Assembly (NCBI GenBank): GCA_013265495.1
Contig: MU057744.1
Location: 1,440,356-1,504,355 of the forward strand
Source: Vicugna vicugna
Lineage: Eukaryota
Reading direction: 5' to 3'
Length of the DNA: 64,000 nucleotides
Positions 24,816 to 37,530 of this stretch are shown in pieces. Within the stretch, counting starts at the first letter, position 1. Each line of letters opens with the position of its first letter. The position numbers and the translations under genes were made by a program. Below the pieces are notes generated by a model. That model worked only from the letters and a program-made list of their open reading frames with translations, did no database searches and was not told the DNA's origin.

Positions 24816-25185
24816 GTACCTTATTCTGCTGGAACTTCCATGATAAAAGCCCATAGGTTGGGTGGCTTGAAAAATAGAAAATTATTTCTGAGAATTCTGG
24901 AGGCTGGGAAGTCCAAGACCCAGGCACTTGGAAAGCAGGCTTCATTCTGAGTCCTCTTCTTTTGGCCTGTAGGCGGCCGCCATCTCATTGTAGATTGCAT
25001 GGCTACTTTTCCCTCTTCCTCTTCCTCTTCCTCTTCCCATAAGAGCACTAGTCCCATCATGGGGACCCCACCCTCATGACCTCGTCTAAACTTAATTATT
25101 TCCCAAAGGCCCAACCTCCAAGTACCATCGTTTGGGGGTTTGACTTCCATGTGTGAATTCTGGGGAATAATAGGGGGGAATCACA
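24816..25185 (-). mobile_element. MLT1 solo LTR
   Basis: gggtggcttgaaa...ttctggaggctgggaagtccaaga...cccaccctcatgacctc...cccaaaggcc; has an internal (CTCTTC)n. Confidence 0.85.
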
Positions 25186-25849
25186 GAGGAAGATCAGGCC
25201 TTGCATCTGAGCTGTGGTGCAGCACACACAGGCAGGCCAGGAGGAAGCTCTGCCTCGGGGGTGTGGGGTGGTCCTAACGACCTTCTTGTGACGACACAGA
25301 GCGGCTCTGAGTTGGGGTGCCTCTGGGGGAGCCCACACTTCCTCAGGAACTTATTTTTCAGTGGAGAAGGTGATTAGTTAGCAATTTTTTTATCATGTAG
25401 GGTCAACCCTCTCCGTGCTGTCGCGGGCTCTGAGTTGACCCCAAGAGATAGATCGTGTTCACTTTTGTCGTCTATGTGCAGCTCAGTCCTGACCCTGGGT
25501 ATCAGAATACTAATTGTAGTTTGGGGCTTTGTACTTTTTAGATCACAATTTTAAGATCAATTTAGGGAACTGATGAGATCCTGATGAATAACTTTCAAGT
25601 CTTCAAAAATGGATTTCCCCTAAGAATACAAATTATGGCAGAAGGCATGAATTGGATTTTACTTCTGAGCACACAGTAATCCTTGTCTCCTTTGCCAGAA
25701 CTCACGTGGCACTCTGAGAGCTAGCAGGACCCCTGCGGTTGGCTTGAAACCAGCAATAAATCCGCTGGGGCTGCCAGGGCCTTTTTTAGTTCCTGCTTGT
25801 CTAGACTCTCCCTGTGTTCTCCACGCTGGGATCTGGGAGAGTTAGTAGC

Positions 25850-26055
25850 ACGAAACAGTGATGAAAGGCTTAGTCTGGAGCCCTCAGACCCCTGCTCACC
25901 ACTCGGCCGCTATGTAATCTTGGTCAGGTTACTTAACTTCTGTAAATCTTGCTCTTTTTCTCTAAAATGGCACTGCAGAGGAGATGAAAAGAAACGTCAA
26001 ACGCGGTGTGCCCGGAGCGCAGTCCGTGAAACTTCATCACCATCCTCATCATCCT
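25850..26055 (+). mobile_element. MIR
   Basis: tctggagcc...ctgctcaccact...tgtaatcttggtcaggttacttaacttctgtaaatct...ctaaaatgg. Confidence 0.65.
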
Positions 26056-29000
26056 GACGTCATCCCAGCCGCCGGGATGCAGGCTGCCCGGGGGCCGGCT
26101 TGCGGTGAGTACCTGGGATCTGCTGGTGTCTGTTTTCAGTTCAGGCGCACATCAGAGCTGTAGCATTTTAGAATACATGTGATAAAAAAGTTTGGTCGGT
26201 TAAGTTCTGAAATGGGATAATGAGAAATGCTACGAAAACTTCCCTGGAAATACTGAAACTGGAAATCTGAGTTGACATGTAATGGGCTAACTCTGGAGAG
26301 GGGAGGGCCTCTCCAATCCTAGCTTTATAATGGTCTGCTGACAATCCAGAGGCTCTCACTTCCGCATTAAGATCTTTATTTATGTCATCTTGACTGAAAG
26401 AAGCTGAATTAAAATGGTAACACTGAGTATGTTAGCTGACTTTCATAGAAACCTTGAGGAAGAAGTTAATTTTCTAGTGCTCACGTACATCGCTGGTGAG
26501 CTTTAGTTAAGCTGGAAGTTAAAATGAAAAGTCTTACATTTGTCTTCATGTTTTTTTTTCTTTAAGGATGTCTAAAGTCCCACCAAGTGAACAGTGGTTA
26601 CAATGGCACATTTTTAATTGGGTGACTGTAGAAAAATAATCTTAATTTAAAGAGTAAAAAGAAATACGCTTTTTCCTTCACTTGCAGAACATAAAATTGG
26701 TCACAAAGAAAAACATGCCCCAAATTTGGGCTGAAAAATATGGAAATAAACTGTTTTATATTATGATTAATAAAGTCCCAAAATGGGTGTTAGGGAAACA
26801 CATCTTTTGAGTGGAAAGATTCCAGTAAGGCGATATGAACAAGACAAATGTCAGTAGCAAAGGGCAAAATAAACTATTACATGTAATATGCAGTTAGAAA
26901 AAAGAAATATTTTATATAAATTACAAAGCCTGTAGATATCAAGTATTGGATGCTTATGAAAATTCTAGATAAACAAAATATTTTTCTATTTCATCAACCA
27001 TAGTTCTGTGTCTTTGAAAATATGTATTTGCTAATCCCTTAGAACTCAAGTCTATAAAGAGAATTAAAGACATTGAGCATAAACTTTAAGCTGTATCTAA
27101 ATTACATTTGTTTCTCTCAGTTTAAACTATATTTAAAACTGAGATTAGTTCTCATCCCATCACTCTATGATCTTTGCAGTCAAAAACAACTTTTCTTGCT
27201 ACAGTTGTTCACCAGAAGAAGAGACCAGGAAGTCATACATAAACTAAACCAACTAGAACAGTCACATTTTAAAAACGACTATAATAAAAAAATTCCCATT
27301 GCTTTTAGTTGCTTTAGCAGTTTTCTTGCAAAAATTATTTCAATATTTATAATCATTAAATATATTCAACAGAATCCCCACAGTAATACTACCCCCATAT
27401 ACGCACCACTGATGTTAACCCACTTGCTGTATGTTTCAGTTCTGTTTTTAAAAGTAAATATTACGTATCATCCTCAAACATGTTTTTATACATTTAGTAC
27501 AGATTAGAGGGCATAAACCTTACGGTATTCTAGTTTTGGGTTGTAACGTCCACAACAATGGTATGTTTGATAAGCACCCTCTTCTCTAAGCCCGTGTGCT
27601 GCTGAAGACTACATGGTGAGTAATAGTCATTGAATACTTAGCCATTTAGTGCGGTATCACTTATGCTGAGAGGGCTAATGAGATACTAAGAACAGCTCGT
27701 GTCAGGAAAGTTTACAGCCTAGTTAAAATGCCAAAATGAAAAACTATAGAGTTACAGTTTTTATAGTATTTTACCTAACATGTGTAGAATGGAGTAATTC
27801 CCAAACATATAGCACATGTGCTTGTTTTAATTAAGAAACTCTCTATGCATAGTTTTGCATACAATATTTGGAAAGGGCAGTTTGATGTGTCATAAGTTTG
27901 GGAGATGAAATTATTTAACATAAAATTAAGAGCTAATTTCAGAATAAAGTCATTCCTCATGGAGAATGTTTTCTTTTGTGTGATCCCTGACTGAACACTT
28001 AGTGGTTCCCAGCAGTAAAGATTCACATCAATGACGGTTTAAGAATTGGTTAGTCATTATGGATCATTATACCAGAATCTGTTAAGTTCTTAGGTGAGAT
28101 GATTGGTATCATAAGACAGAGCAGAGCGTTACTAGTCTCAACAGGAGAGAAGGTGTTCATGGGCGTATTCTTTACATTGTTCATTCTACTGGAAATAAGC
28201 TAAACCAGCTCAGTAAGTATGCAGGTAATGAAAACTGAAAGTAAGATGTAAGCTGCTATGGCCTTACTGGCGGATATTAATAACTAACTAGATGCTGCAA
28301 AATGTGCACCGTAGGTAAATTGATGAAAAGCCTTCATTTTACAGTGTCTGCATGTTTGTAGGATTGATATTTGCAACCTTTGGTTTGCATATACCTATTT
28401 TAAAGTACCTTAAATGAAAGAGTCATGACCGAGGAAGAAGAGATAAGTGCTTTCTTGCCCAAACTGTCTCAGATCCTGCATTTTCTTAGTCACAGCCGTT
28501 TGTTAAATGGCAATTTGGCAGGTAATTGCATGGAATATGGTGGGAACTAGATATTGGTATCTGTGGCGAATGCTCGAATTTCTTCAGAAATAGATGGCTT
28601 TATAGTGAGGCTAACGGGTACCACAGTCTGAATTTAGAACTCCTCAGTGATTCATACTGGCAGATATCATCCCATCCTTTGTTGCAATTCCTTGTAATCT
28701 TAGAGTATGAACTCGGTTCTGTCTTGTGCCACCGCGTCTGGCGTAGGCATTCACCATGCATTTGTTGAATGCATTTCTTAAAGTCCTGTGCACCATGCTT
28801 TTCTATGGTTAATCTGTGAGAAGCATGGTGCACCATGAAACTAGATACTGAAGAATTCTCTTGATCAGAAATGGAGCTAATCCAAGTTTAAAATACCATG
28901 TGTTGGGTCACCTTTACTTTGGAGACGACCCGTTGCGGGCATCCAGGCGAAAGACGATTCTTGCCTGCGATCCCGAGTGCTGGGTAGCCCCTTCGGGAGG

Positions 29001-29381
29001 CAACAACGCCGAGCCTGAGCCCCGGGTTTAAGGTCAGAAGGGGCAGGCGAAGGGGCGCAGGGGAACCGAGGGCGCAGGTAGAAGGCTGCGCGCTCTTCGG
29101 GGCGCTCGGCTCCGATACCCGGCGCGGCCGGTAAGCGGCGCTGGGCCTCGGGTTTGGCGGCCCGCAGGACGAGCGCGCGAAGCCGGCGCGGCGGGACTGC
29201 GGGGCCGCCTCCCCGCGCGCGTCCCCCGGGCCGGGTCGCCCTCCTCCCGCACAGTGCGGCGCGGGGAGGCTCCCGCCTCGGCGGCCCCCGCGCGCGCCTG
29301 CTCCCCCTCAGCTCTGCAGGCGAGGACCGCCTGGCGCTCGGCCCCAGGCAGCCGCGGCCCCCTCCCGCCCCCGGCTCCGGG

Positions 29382-29391
29382 CAGCGGCGGC

Positions 29392-29428
<37 letters not shown>

Positions 29429-29477
29429 CGAGGCAGCGCGAGGGGCCGGCACCGCCACCGCCACCGCCACCGCCGCC
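29382..29477 (+). repeat. Compound repeat in the presumed RYR2 5' UTR: CAG(CGG)3(CAG)11, then (ACCGCC)4
   Basis: Read directly: (CAG)11 at 29394-29426 and (ACCGCC)4 at 29451-29474. Confidence 0.95.
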
Positions 29478-29524
29478 GGGCTCCGCGGGTTTCGGGAGCC
29501 GGCCGGGCCGGGAGGCGCGGAGCC

Positions 29525-29572
29525 ATGGCCGATGGGGGCGAGGGCGAGGATGAGATCCAGTTCCTGCGAACA
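29525..29572 (+). CDS. RYR2: Ryanodine receptor 2, coding part of exon 1 (16 codons, MADGGEGEDEIQFLRT); the rest of the gene lies beyond the window
   Basis: ATG in strong Kozak context (gccATGg). The peptide matches the known RYR2 N-terminus. It ends exactly at a phase-0 donor ACA|GTAAGC and lies in a CpG island. The ORF-track extension to 29869 is intron read-through. Confidence 0.96.
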
Positions 29573-30155
29573 GTAAGCGGCGCGCGTCTCCTGGTCCCCG
29601 GGGCAGGGGGAGCCCGGGCATCCGCCTGCGGGGTCTGGGCAGAGTGGCAGCGGGCGGTGGGACGCGCGGGCGGGGCCGGGGTGTCCCGGGGGATGCGGGA
29701 AGCCCGAGCCTCACCGGGGGGTGCAGGTGTGCGTGTCGGTGCGCGCGTGTCTACAGCCCGGGGACGGAGCGTGGCGAGCGCGCGGCGAGGGGGTCGGTCG
29801 CGCGGCGCGGAGATTCGGCGCCGCGGAGCTGCCGGAGTCGGGGACGCGGGGGCGGCCGATCTGGCCTGACCCGTCGGCAGGGCTGGGACCTTCGGGGTGG
29901 CCCGTGGGGCACTGGGGCCGGCGCTGGGCTGTTCCTCGGGCTTTCGGGCTGCACCCGCGCGCCGTCACGCAACCCACGGATTCACCAGCTCCCCGGGGCG
30001 CCGACCGGGGAGGGGGTGCAGGACATGCGCCGAGATAACCCCCAAGTCAGGGTGCTGCGCGCGGAGGGGAGTCGCCTCCGCGGTCCCCGCGGTGCCTGGG
30101 TTGGGGCCATGGTGGTGCTGTGACTGCTTGCAGATCGTGGAAGGGATGGAAGCGA

Positions 30156-30179
30156 GTGTGTGTGTGTGTGTGTGTGTGT
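30156..30179. repeat. (GT)n microsatellite followed by a CG run, in RYR2 intron 1
   Basis: Read directly; a second, shorter GT tract lies near 30259-30278. Confidence 0.9.
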
Positions 30180-33100
30180 ACGCGCGCGGGGGCGGCGGGG
30201 GACATCGCGAACGCGTCGTTCTCTAAATGTTGGCTTATCGAACGGCGAGTGCAGCAAAGTGTGCGTGTGTGTGTGTGTAAGGGCAGGGTGGCTGCCCGGA
30301 ATTTCCACACTGGGTGGCAGCAGGGAAGGGTTGGCTCCGCACTAATACAATTTCTTCTCCTTAAGTACCTCTTGGCACTGCTCCTTCCTGTCGCTGTTTG
30401 TTCGGCCGCTGCAGATACTTCCCTGGCCGAGGCTTGGGTCACCTCAGAGCTGGGACTGCGAGCCCCTCCACCGAAGCAAAGGCCGTAACTTGTTATTGAG
30501 AATGACCGACTGCGCGTTTGCAGCGTCCTTTCCGCCTTCCCTTTTCCTCCGCTTGTGTCTTCCCCTCCGAAGGGTTTCCCCTCCCAGGATCCCCTGCCCC
30601 CGCCCGAGGACTGCAGCTTCTCCTGTCTCTTCCTTGCTGAACAGTGAGAAAGCTGTCACTTCCCAGTTACAGTTACCTCCTCAGTCACAGAAAATCGTAG
30701 AGATATTTACGCTCTGAAATAGTAACCAGATAGCAACCCTTAGGTGTGCAGCCTACAGGGTGTATTTAGGTGCGCAAGCGAGAACGGTTCGTTTGTCCAA
30801 GAACATTGTTAAGTGGCTGGTTTTCCCATTTTGCTCTTCTAATTTTGTTTTTGGCACTCATTTTGCTTTGAGTGGTGGGGAGACTTTAGAAAGGGTAAAA
30901 TTCGGGGTACACATCAGACGGTGAATGATTTGACCTAATAGCTGCCTGGTACGCGTGCACCATGACATATGCCGCTGCTGGTGCTCCTGGCCCAGGACCC
31001 AGCTCTGAGAGCCTGTCCACCAAAACCTTGCTCATGGGGAATATTTTAAGCCCACGAGTAATACCGTTTTTTTTAAAGTGGAAAACTGTCTATACATTTT
31101 TTTTAAATACATAATAAAAGCCACATGAAAAGATGTTTCTCAGTACCATTAAGTCTTTTGTCCAGGTGGATAAAATATTTGTTGCTGTGTAATGTTTAAA
31201 TTCAATTTTTTCCAGACTCCACAGGGTTAAAATTAGCTAAAAAATTTTTGGAAGGCTTTGTGCACCCAAGGGCTTCCTGCAGGCTCAGATGTGAAGCCAA
31301 GCTCACGGAGGAGGTGTTATCAGAATACTTAATGGGGACGGAGGTGCCGTGCCTGTGGGCGAGGTTCTGTACATATAAAGTAATGTTAGCTGCCTGCCCC
31401 AGGACAGCTGCCTGTCAGCCCAGCGACACCCTTGATAAGTGGGACCTGGGTCCGGATCTGGCAGTCCTAGGCTGGGGGTTTTCTTTTAATAAAGCAGCCG
31501 TCGGGTGTTGTGCTGATGATAAATGACCTTGAAGGAGGTGGCACAGTGGAGTAGGGGAATTTTTTTTTTTTTTGGGAAGCATTAACATCTAAAAGGAAAA
31601 CATGCCTTTCCCTCTCCTGTTACAGGTTTGGTGTGGAAATTCTCCGTCCTTTTCCACTCCTGTCTGCTACCCTTGCTGCTTTCCATTTTATTCCCTTTTT
31701 AACCGGAGAATGTTAATGGCTGAGAAATGTTGATGGAGTTAGGAATGGAGAGAATGGAGTTCTTACAGTAAATTCATCTCTTTTCTTTCTGGGGCATTTT
31801 TTTTTCTTTGTTTTGTGCAATCTTGTCAATATGAGTTATTCCTTTTTTTTTTTTTTTAGTAGCCCAGGGAGTATTAACAACCTGTACATGTAGATAAAAT
31901 GGTTGTAGGTTATGGATGAAGCTGTTGTGCTCAACAAGGAAAATCAAACTGTTAGTTGTTAAGAGGCCCTAATTGTGCGTCGGACCAGACATTTCGTATG
32001 TTCTGAGTAAAGCACCCTATGTGCTAGATTTTTATTCAAGCGCTGCAGCTCATTGAAGAATTTCTGGCATCTTTCTGTCCACAGAAAGCTTTTCTTCTTC
32101 CTTCTTCTAGAAGAGGCTTGTGATCACTGCTAAGGGAAGCAAAGGTGAAACCTTTAATGGACTGTGTCCATGAGTTACGTCTGCTGCCACGAATCAATTC
32201 CCTGTGTGAAAGGAAGTTTTGTCAGTGTTGAGCCTGGTCTGGTCCCTCTCCCATCTCTTTTCCATTATGCAATTGTGAGTTTGCTAAGGTTCCTTTCAAG
32301 TGTCATGCAGATGAGAGATCATCTTCCATCAAGCCCACGCTGATGTGTTCTTGGAGAGAAACTGAGAATACGTACATGAAAACGCTAGATGCGCTGGGGC
32401 ACTTAGAAGGATCCTGTCATAAAATAAGCCTTCAGCCCATGATGGATTTATTCACTGTCATATTTAAACATACCCACGGTTTGGAATGTATTGTTTATTT
32501 TACTTTAAAACTGTTACTAACTTCCCAGTATAGCAGTGAACTGGAATTCCTTGACTTTGAGAAAACCGTGATGTAAAATGACCTTGTTGTGTAGAGTTGA
32601 TTCCTCTGAGTGCTACGTCCTTCTGCCATTTGTGTGGGCAGAGTTGAGTTCTCTCGGGGTATCCCGGGTCATGTGGTTTTGTATTTATATATAGGTTGAG
32701 ACTTCAAACTTCAGACTTACTCCTGGCTACCAAAACTATTCCGGTAGGAGAGCTGTTAGCTTTCTGGGGCCTTCCTTTGCAGAAGGGACTACTTCACCGC
32801 AGGTCTCTGGTCAGCGCTTACACATCTTGCTCACTGCTGATAGGAAGCATCTTGGACGGTATCCCCAGTGAATAGCAATGATCACAAAGCACGGAGGCCA
32901 GTGCACAACACCGTGAACTAGGTTGGCCTGGAGTGTTCAGCTCTGGTTTGTAGACGTACCAGGAGGGCCGCTGCACAGAGCCAGCTGCTCTGCATGTAGA
33001 GCCACGCCTGCCGCTCAGCCCTCGGGCAGGTGCCCTGTGCAGGAGAGAAAGGCTGCTTCGTCAGCTGCTTGAAGCGTGATTTGGTTTACCGCAAACAGGA

Positions 33101-33847
33101 GGCGCCCTCCGAATCCATAGCTGTGGGAATGTCTCCGAGCACAAATGAGAAGGCAGGTGGGCAGGGGGAGCGTGCCCCGTTTGCTCGCCTGATAGCAAAG
33201 GCATGAGGGGCTTCAGACGGATGTGCACTGTGGTATTTGTTTTTCAAGAAATGGATGGAAAACCCACCCAGGTTTATGGTTTTAACTTATTATTATTATT
33301 TTTTTAATTTAGGAGTTGGTGTGTGCACATTGGCAGGAAGGGCCGGATCTGGAGCACTTAGGCACTGACTTACTTGACATTCAATCTCATTTGTACTTTG
33401 GCTTTAGGTAAGTGTTTTTATCAAAGCCAAATTGCCAGGGGAAGGATTACACCTTCTGGGTGGCGGTGCTTCTGTAAATAGCCCTGGGGGAGAGGGAGAG
33501 ATATGTAGCACATGTTTATCTCCTGACGCTCTTGACATTATGGGAATTTGGTTAATTTATTAAAACATTTGTTGAACACCTTCTATATGCATGGCGCGAT
33601 AGTAGGTGTCAAGGAAGCACTGGAAATAGGAAGGAAGTGGTCTGCACTTGTAACTGCAAAGAAAGGATTTGGAGGCTGCTGTGGAACAATTAGAAGGAAA
33701 AAGCACACATGAAAATGTAGGATGTTTGAGTTGGAAAACACCTTTAGAAAACGCCACCCGCCCACCCCTGTCGTTTTGCAGGGAAGGAAACCAAAGCTCA
33801 GAGAGGGGAAATGACTTGGCCAGTGTCACACTCCAAGTTGGTGGGCT

Positions 33848-34204
33848 GTCCTAGTTCGGGCCACTAGAACAGCGTACCGCAGACTGGGTGGCTGACACAA
33901 CACGCATTTACTTCTCACAGTGCTGGAGGCTGTCCAGGGGAGTCCAGGATCACGGTGCCAGCAGACCCAGCGTGTGACGAGGGCTCTCTCGCTGGTTTGC
34001 AGATGGCCATCTTCTTGTTGTGTCCTCATGTGGCCGAGAGAGAAATCCTCTCTTGTGTTTCTTCTTATAGGGGCACTGATCCCGTTCATGAGGGTCCCAC
34101 CCTCACAGCCTAGTCACCTCCCCACCTCCTGCTAGCATCCCCTTGGGAGCTGGGATTGCAACCTGTGAAACTGGGTGGACACGAACACTCAGCCTGTAAC
34201 TGCA
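33848..34204 (-). mobile_element. MLT1A-like solo LTR
   Basis: agactgggtggct...tctcacagtgctggaggct...gcagatggccatcttct...ttcatgagggtcccaccctca. Confidence 0.85.
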
Positions 34205-34339
34205 GCATGAGAGTGTAATGCCAAGTGCTTGACAGTCTCTGAAGAATTGCCAGAAAGGTGCTCTATCAGTGCACATTCTTCTCTGTGGAGTAGGTCTACA
34301 CCCACCTGCCCCACGGAGGCTTCTCTTCACCGTCACACG

Positions 34340-35350
34340 GTTCACTGTCTGCACTTGCCCTCTTGTCCTCCCAGCCCCTGACGAGGAGGGTACTTTCCTC
34401 CTTCCTGAAGTGGCGCTCCCTGGTGTGTCCTGTGTCTCCGTACGGTACCTGCTCCTCGGTCCAGGATGGGAGTCTGCAGTATCCTGTCCTCTCTCTGCCT
34501 CTTCTCCACTTGCTCCTTCTGCTTGCTCTTGAAGCATGCTGATTTCTCCCATCTTAGAGTTTCTTTGTTTGACCCCGAGCCTTGTTTAGCTCCTCGGCTC
34601 CTCCAAATGTGGTCTCCACCCACCGCTTGTCTCCACCTCTCCCTGTAACTGTTACGCAGCCTCTCTTCCTGGCTGAACTCCCAGTAGGAGATGGTAGTAC
34701 CGCACCCCCTCCCCGTGCCAAACCTGAACGTCCTGCTCTCCTGTAGGCCTCACAACCGCTACTGACCTGGTGCTCCTTTTTGAAGCTCCTCTGCTCGGCC
34801 TTGGAGCTAGGATACATTCTGAGTTATTTTTATACATTTCTGATCATGCTTTTGGGGATTCTTTTCACTCCGTCTACGCTGAGTTTTTGGTTGTCCCAAA
34901 AGATTCTGTCTTGTCTCCAGTTCTGTCTCTTCCACCTTCATGAGCTTCTCTGCACCCCAGAGTCTGGGCTCCTTGGAATAATGGAGTTTGAAAAGCCTTA
35001 CCAGTGGCTTCATCCAGCTTGGGGAGCCAGAGGAGTGGGGGGCTCTCCCAGAGCCATCCCTTCTTATAGAAGGAACCCACCCAGACCTGACAGCGCTTGG
35101 CCCCTCATGTCCAGCTGCCCACGGTCTCTGCTTTCACTCCCGCCACCTCTGGACACACCTCTGGCTCTGGACACACCGTCCTGAGCGCACCTGTATCCTG
35201 TCCCCTGAGTGGCTCTTCCTCCCCGTGGCTCTGTGTTGGCCAGTGGCTCTGGCTTCAAGTCACCAGTGTGATCCTAACCTTCACAAGACCTGGGCCTGAG
35301 GCCGAATCCACTGGTACCCAGCTCATGGACTCAAGAAAGTTTCCAAATGT
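34340..35350 (+). mobile_element. Degraded L2
   Basis: Pyrimidine-rich L2-like body ending in an L2-like 3' segment. Confidence 0.55.
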
Positions 35351-37127
35351 TTCCTTGCAACCTGATGGTAAAACGTTGTGGGGTGGGATGGGGAATGAGA
35401 GGGCAGCCATTCTGCTGGAGCGCGGACTCAGAGGCCCGTGATGGTTACGGGAAAGGATGTGGAGGAGGGAGGGGTCATGTCTGATGATTGTGGTCCAGGC
35501 TCCGTGGAGGAGGCAGCGTTTACAGTCAGGCTGGTCCTGGCCTGACTCTGTGATTTTGTAGTGAAGGAGAATGAAAGGACCTCAGTGTGGTGGCTGCCGT
35601 TTATTTGGCTCTGGGTAGCCCCGTTCACCTCATTTCCCAGAGCAACTCATCTTGTCCATAAAGCCGCCAACTGCTGTTAGAGAGACGGGGAAACCGAGGG
35701 CTGGGAGGCGAAACTACCTGCTCCAGGGCAGTTTGCGAGGAAGTGCTGTCGGGGGTGGGTCTCAGGTCTTTCTGGTGCCAAACCCCTTTCTTTCCTTCCC
35801 GCCTTCCTTCTTGCCTTCCTAGTCAGGGAAAGTTGTGAAGGACTGAATTTGGCCAATGAAGGAGGAACCGTGGGGGCCCTGTCTGCCTCCCGCGCCCACG
35901 GGGCTGGCCCTGCCTGTCCCTTGCCTTCGGGCTGCCTCACGCCCTGCAGGCTGCAGAAGCTGAGGGGTGGCGGGGCTTCCTGGACGCTGGAGTCTTGATC
36001 GCAGAGGAGGCAGGGGTGCCCGGTGGACCGCAGATGTGCATACACAGCAGTTTTGCGCTTCGCGAGCAAAGGCATTTCAGTTCTCCTGATGGGCGCTTCT
36101 CTTGCGATGTTCTTCGGGTTTTCCTGTGAGCATGTGGTTACGCCATACTGGTTCTTTCACTCAATGATGAATTTGGTAAAATCTTAGACACATGTTCACT
36201 TTACTTTTGTTATGAGTCAAGCTTTTTCCTTTAAAAATATCTTTACTATCACTCGTCTGCCCTTTGAAGATGGAGAGGATCTTGATAAATGGGGGTGAGG
36301 AGGTGGGCCGGCGGGACCCCGGGGAGGAGCGATGTGCATAGAGGCAGCGTGCTGGGGCTCTGTTCTCTCATCCCACGTGCGTTCTTCCACGTCTCTGCCC
36401 TGCTCTGTGTTCAGGAGGCTCCTGTTGCCCTGGGCACAGGAACCCCTTCCTCCCCTTGTCACCCCAGAACAAGGGGCTGGCACCAGCTTCCCACTGTGGC
36501 TGGTCACCCAGTGTCCCTCCCTCTCGGTTGAGCCCCATCACCCTCCCCGCCCGTCTCTGGTCCCTTCATTAAAGGGCTCTCCAAGAAGCCCTTTGAGATG
36601 GATGTTTCTCTTCTCAGCAGGACTCTGGTGGAAACTGTGGAAACACATGGTGCCGTGTCTGGGAGAGAGACTGTGTGAGTGGTGGTGGGGTCCTGGAGGA
36701 GTCGGGAGCCTTGACACCACCAGGGACAGGGGTTTATACTTAATTCACAAGGTGAGGAGGGCCCTTGAAGTTATTTTTTTTTCCCCCTCTAGGGAGGGAA
36801 ATGGGTCAGAGCTGTCTGTTAGGAAGATTAATGTGGCAGCAATTTATAAGATAAATTGGGATATAGAGATCAGAGGGAGACCAGAGCTAAGAAACCTATT
36901 AGGGACAGTCACCGTGGAGTTGGTGCAAGATAACTCAGCCTGGATTTGTGTGGTGGTGTGGGCGTGAGGGGGGAGGGCTTAAGAGAAGGTGACCAGCCTG
37001 GGTCGCTGACTGGATGCAAGGAGGAGAAGAAGACAAAGATGAGCCAGGAGACTCGAAGAAACGACGGACAAGGGACGGTTTTAGGGGAGGCAGTGGGGCT
37101 CGTCTGGGGCGCACTGAGCTTGAGGTC

Positions 37128-37530
37128 TGTTGTGGCTGACTTGTGTCCCCCTCAGAATGGTACGCTGGAGCCTTGGCCCTCAGGACCTCAGGCTGTGATC
37201 TTAAATTTGGAGACGGCGTCTTTGCAGAGAGGGTCAGGTTAAAATGTGGTCGATAGGGTGGGCCCGAATCCAGCATGACCGGGGAGACGGGGCTCAGGCA
37301 CGTCCAGAGGGAAGCTGACGGGAAGACGGCATCGGAGCGATGGGAGCACCCACCAGCCCGGGGGGTGCCCACGGCTCCCAGAAGCAGCAGGGGGGCCGGG
37401 GCCGGTTCTCCTCACGGCCCTCTGGCCCCTGAGCGCAGACCTCTGGCCTCTGTCCAGAGCTGGGAGGCCACACGCTCCTGTCGCTGCGCCACCCAGGGGT
37501 GGTGCTTTGTTAGCGCTGTCCCGGGACAGC
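37128..37530 (+). mobile_element. MLT1B/C-like LTR, GC-shifted, inserted in an antisense L2 remnant
   Basis: tgttgtggctgacttgtgtcccc...tttggagacggcgtctttgcaga...agggtgggcccgaatcca...gccacccag...ctttgtta. Confidence 0.8.

Larger units (their letters stand above)
28920..30620 (+). promoter_or_regulatory. RYR2: RYR2 CpG-island promoter, 5' UTR and proximal intron 1
   Basis: Very high GC and CpG density around the start codon, GC-box-like motifs, no obvious TATA box, AT-rich flanks. The TSS cannot be placed from sequence alone. Confidence 0.88.

Noticed and set aside
26055..26062. Palindromic CRE TGACGTCA
   Set aside because: A single 8-mer at a MIR edge; about the chance expectation without conservation data.
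28877..29714. Antisense ORFs with poly-Cys, poly-Leu or poly-Ala
   Set aside because: Artefacts of translating the CAG/CTG repeat and the CpG island.
29573..29869. Extension of the RYR2 ORF to 114 aa
   Set aside because: Read-through past the GTAAGC donor into GC-rich intron.
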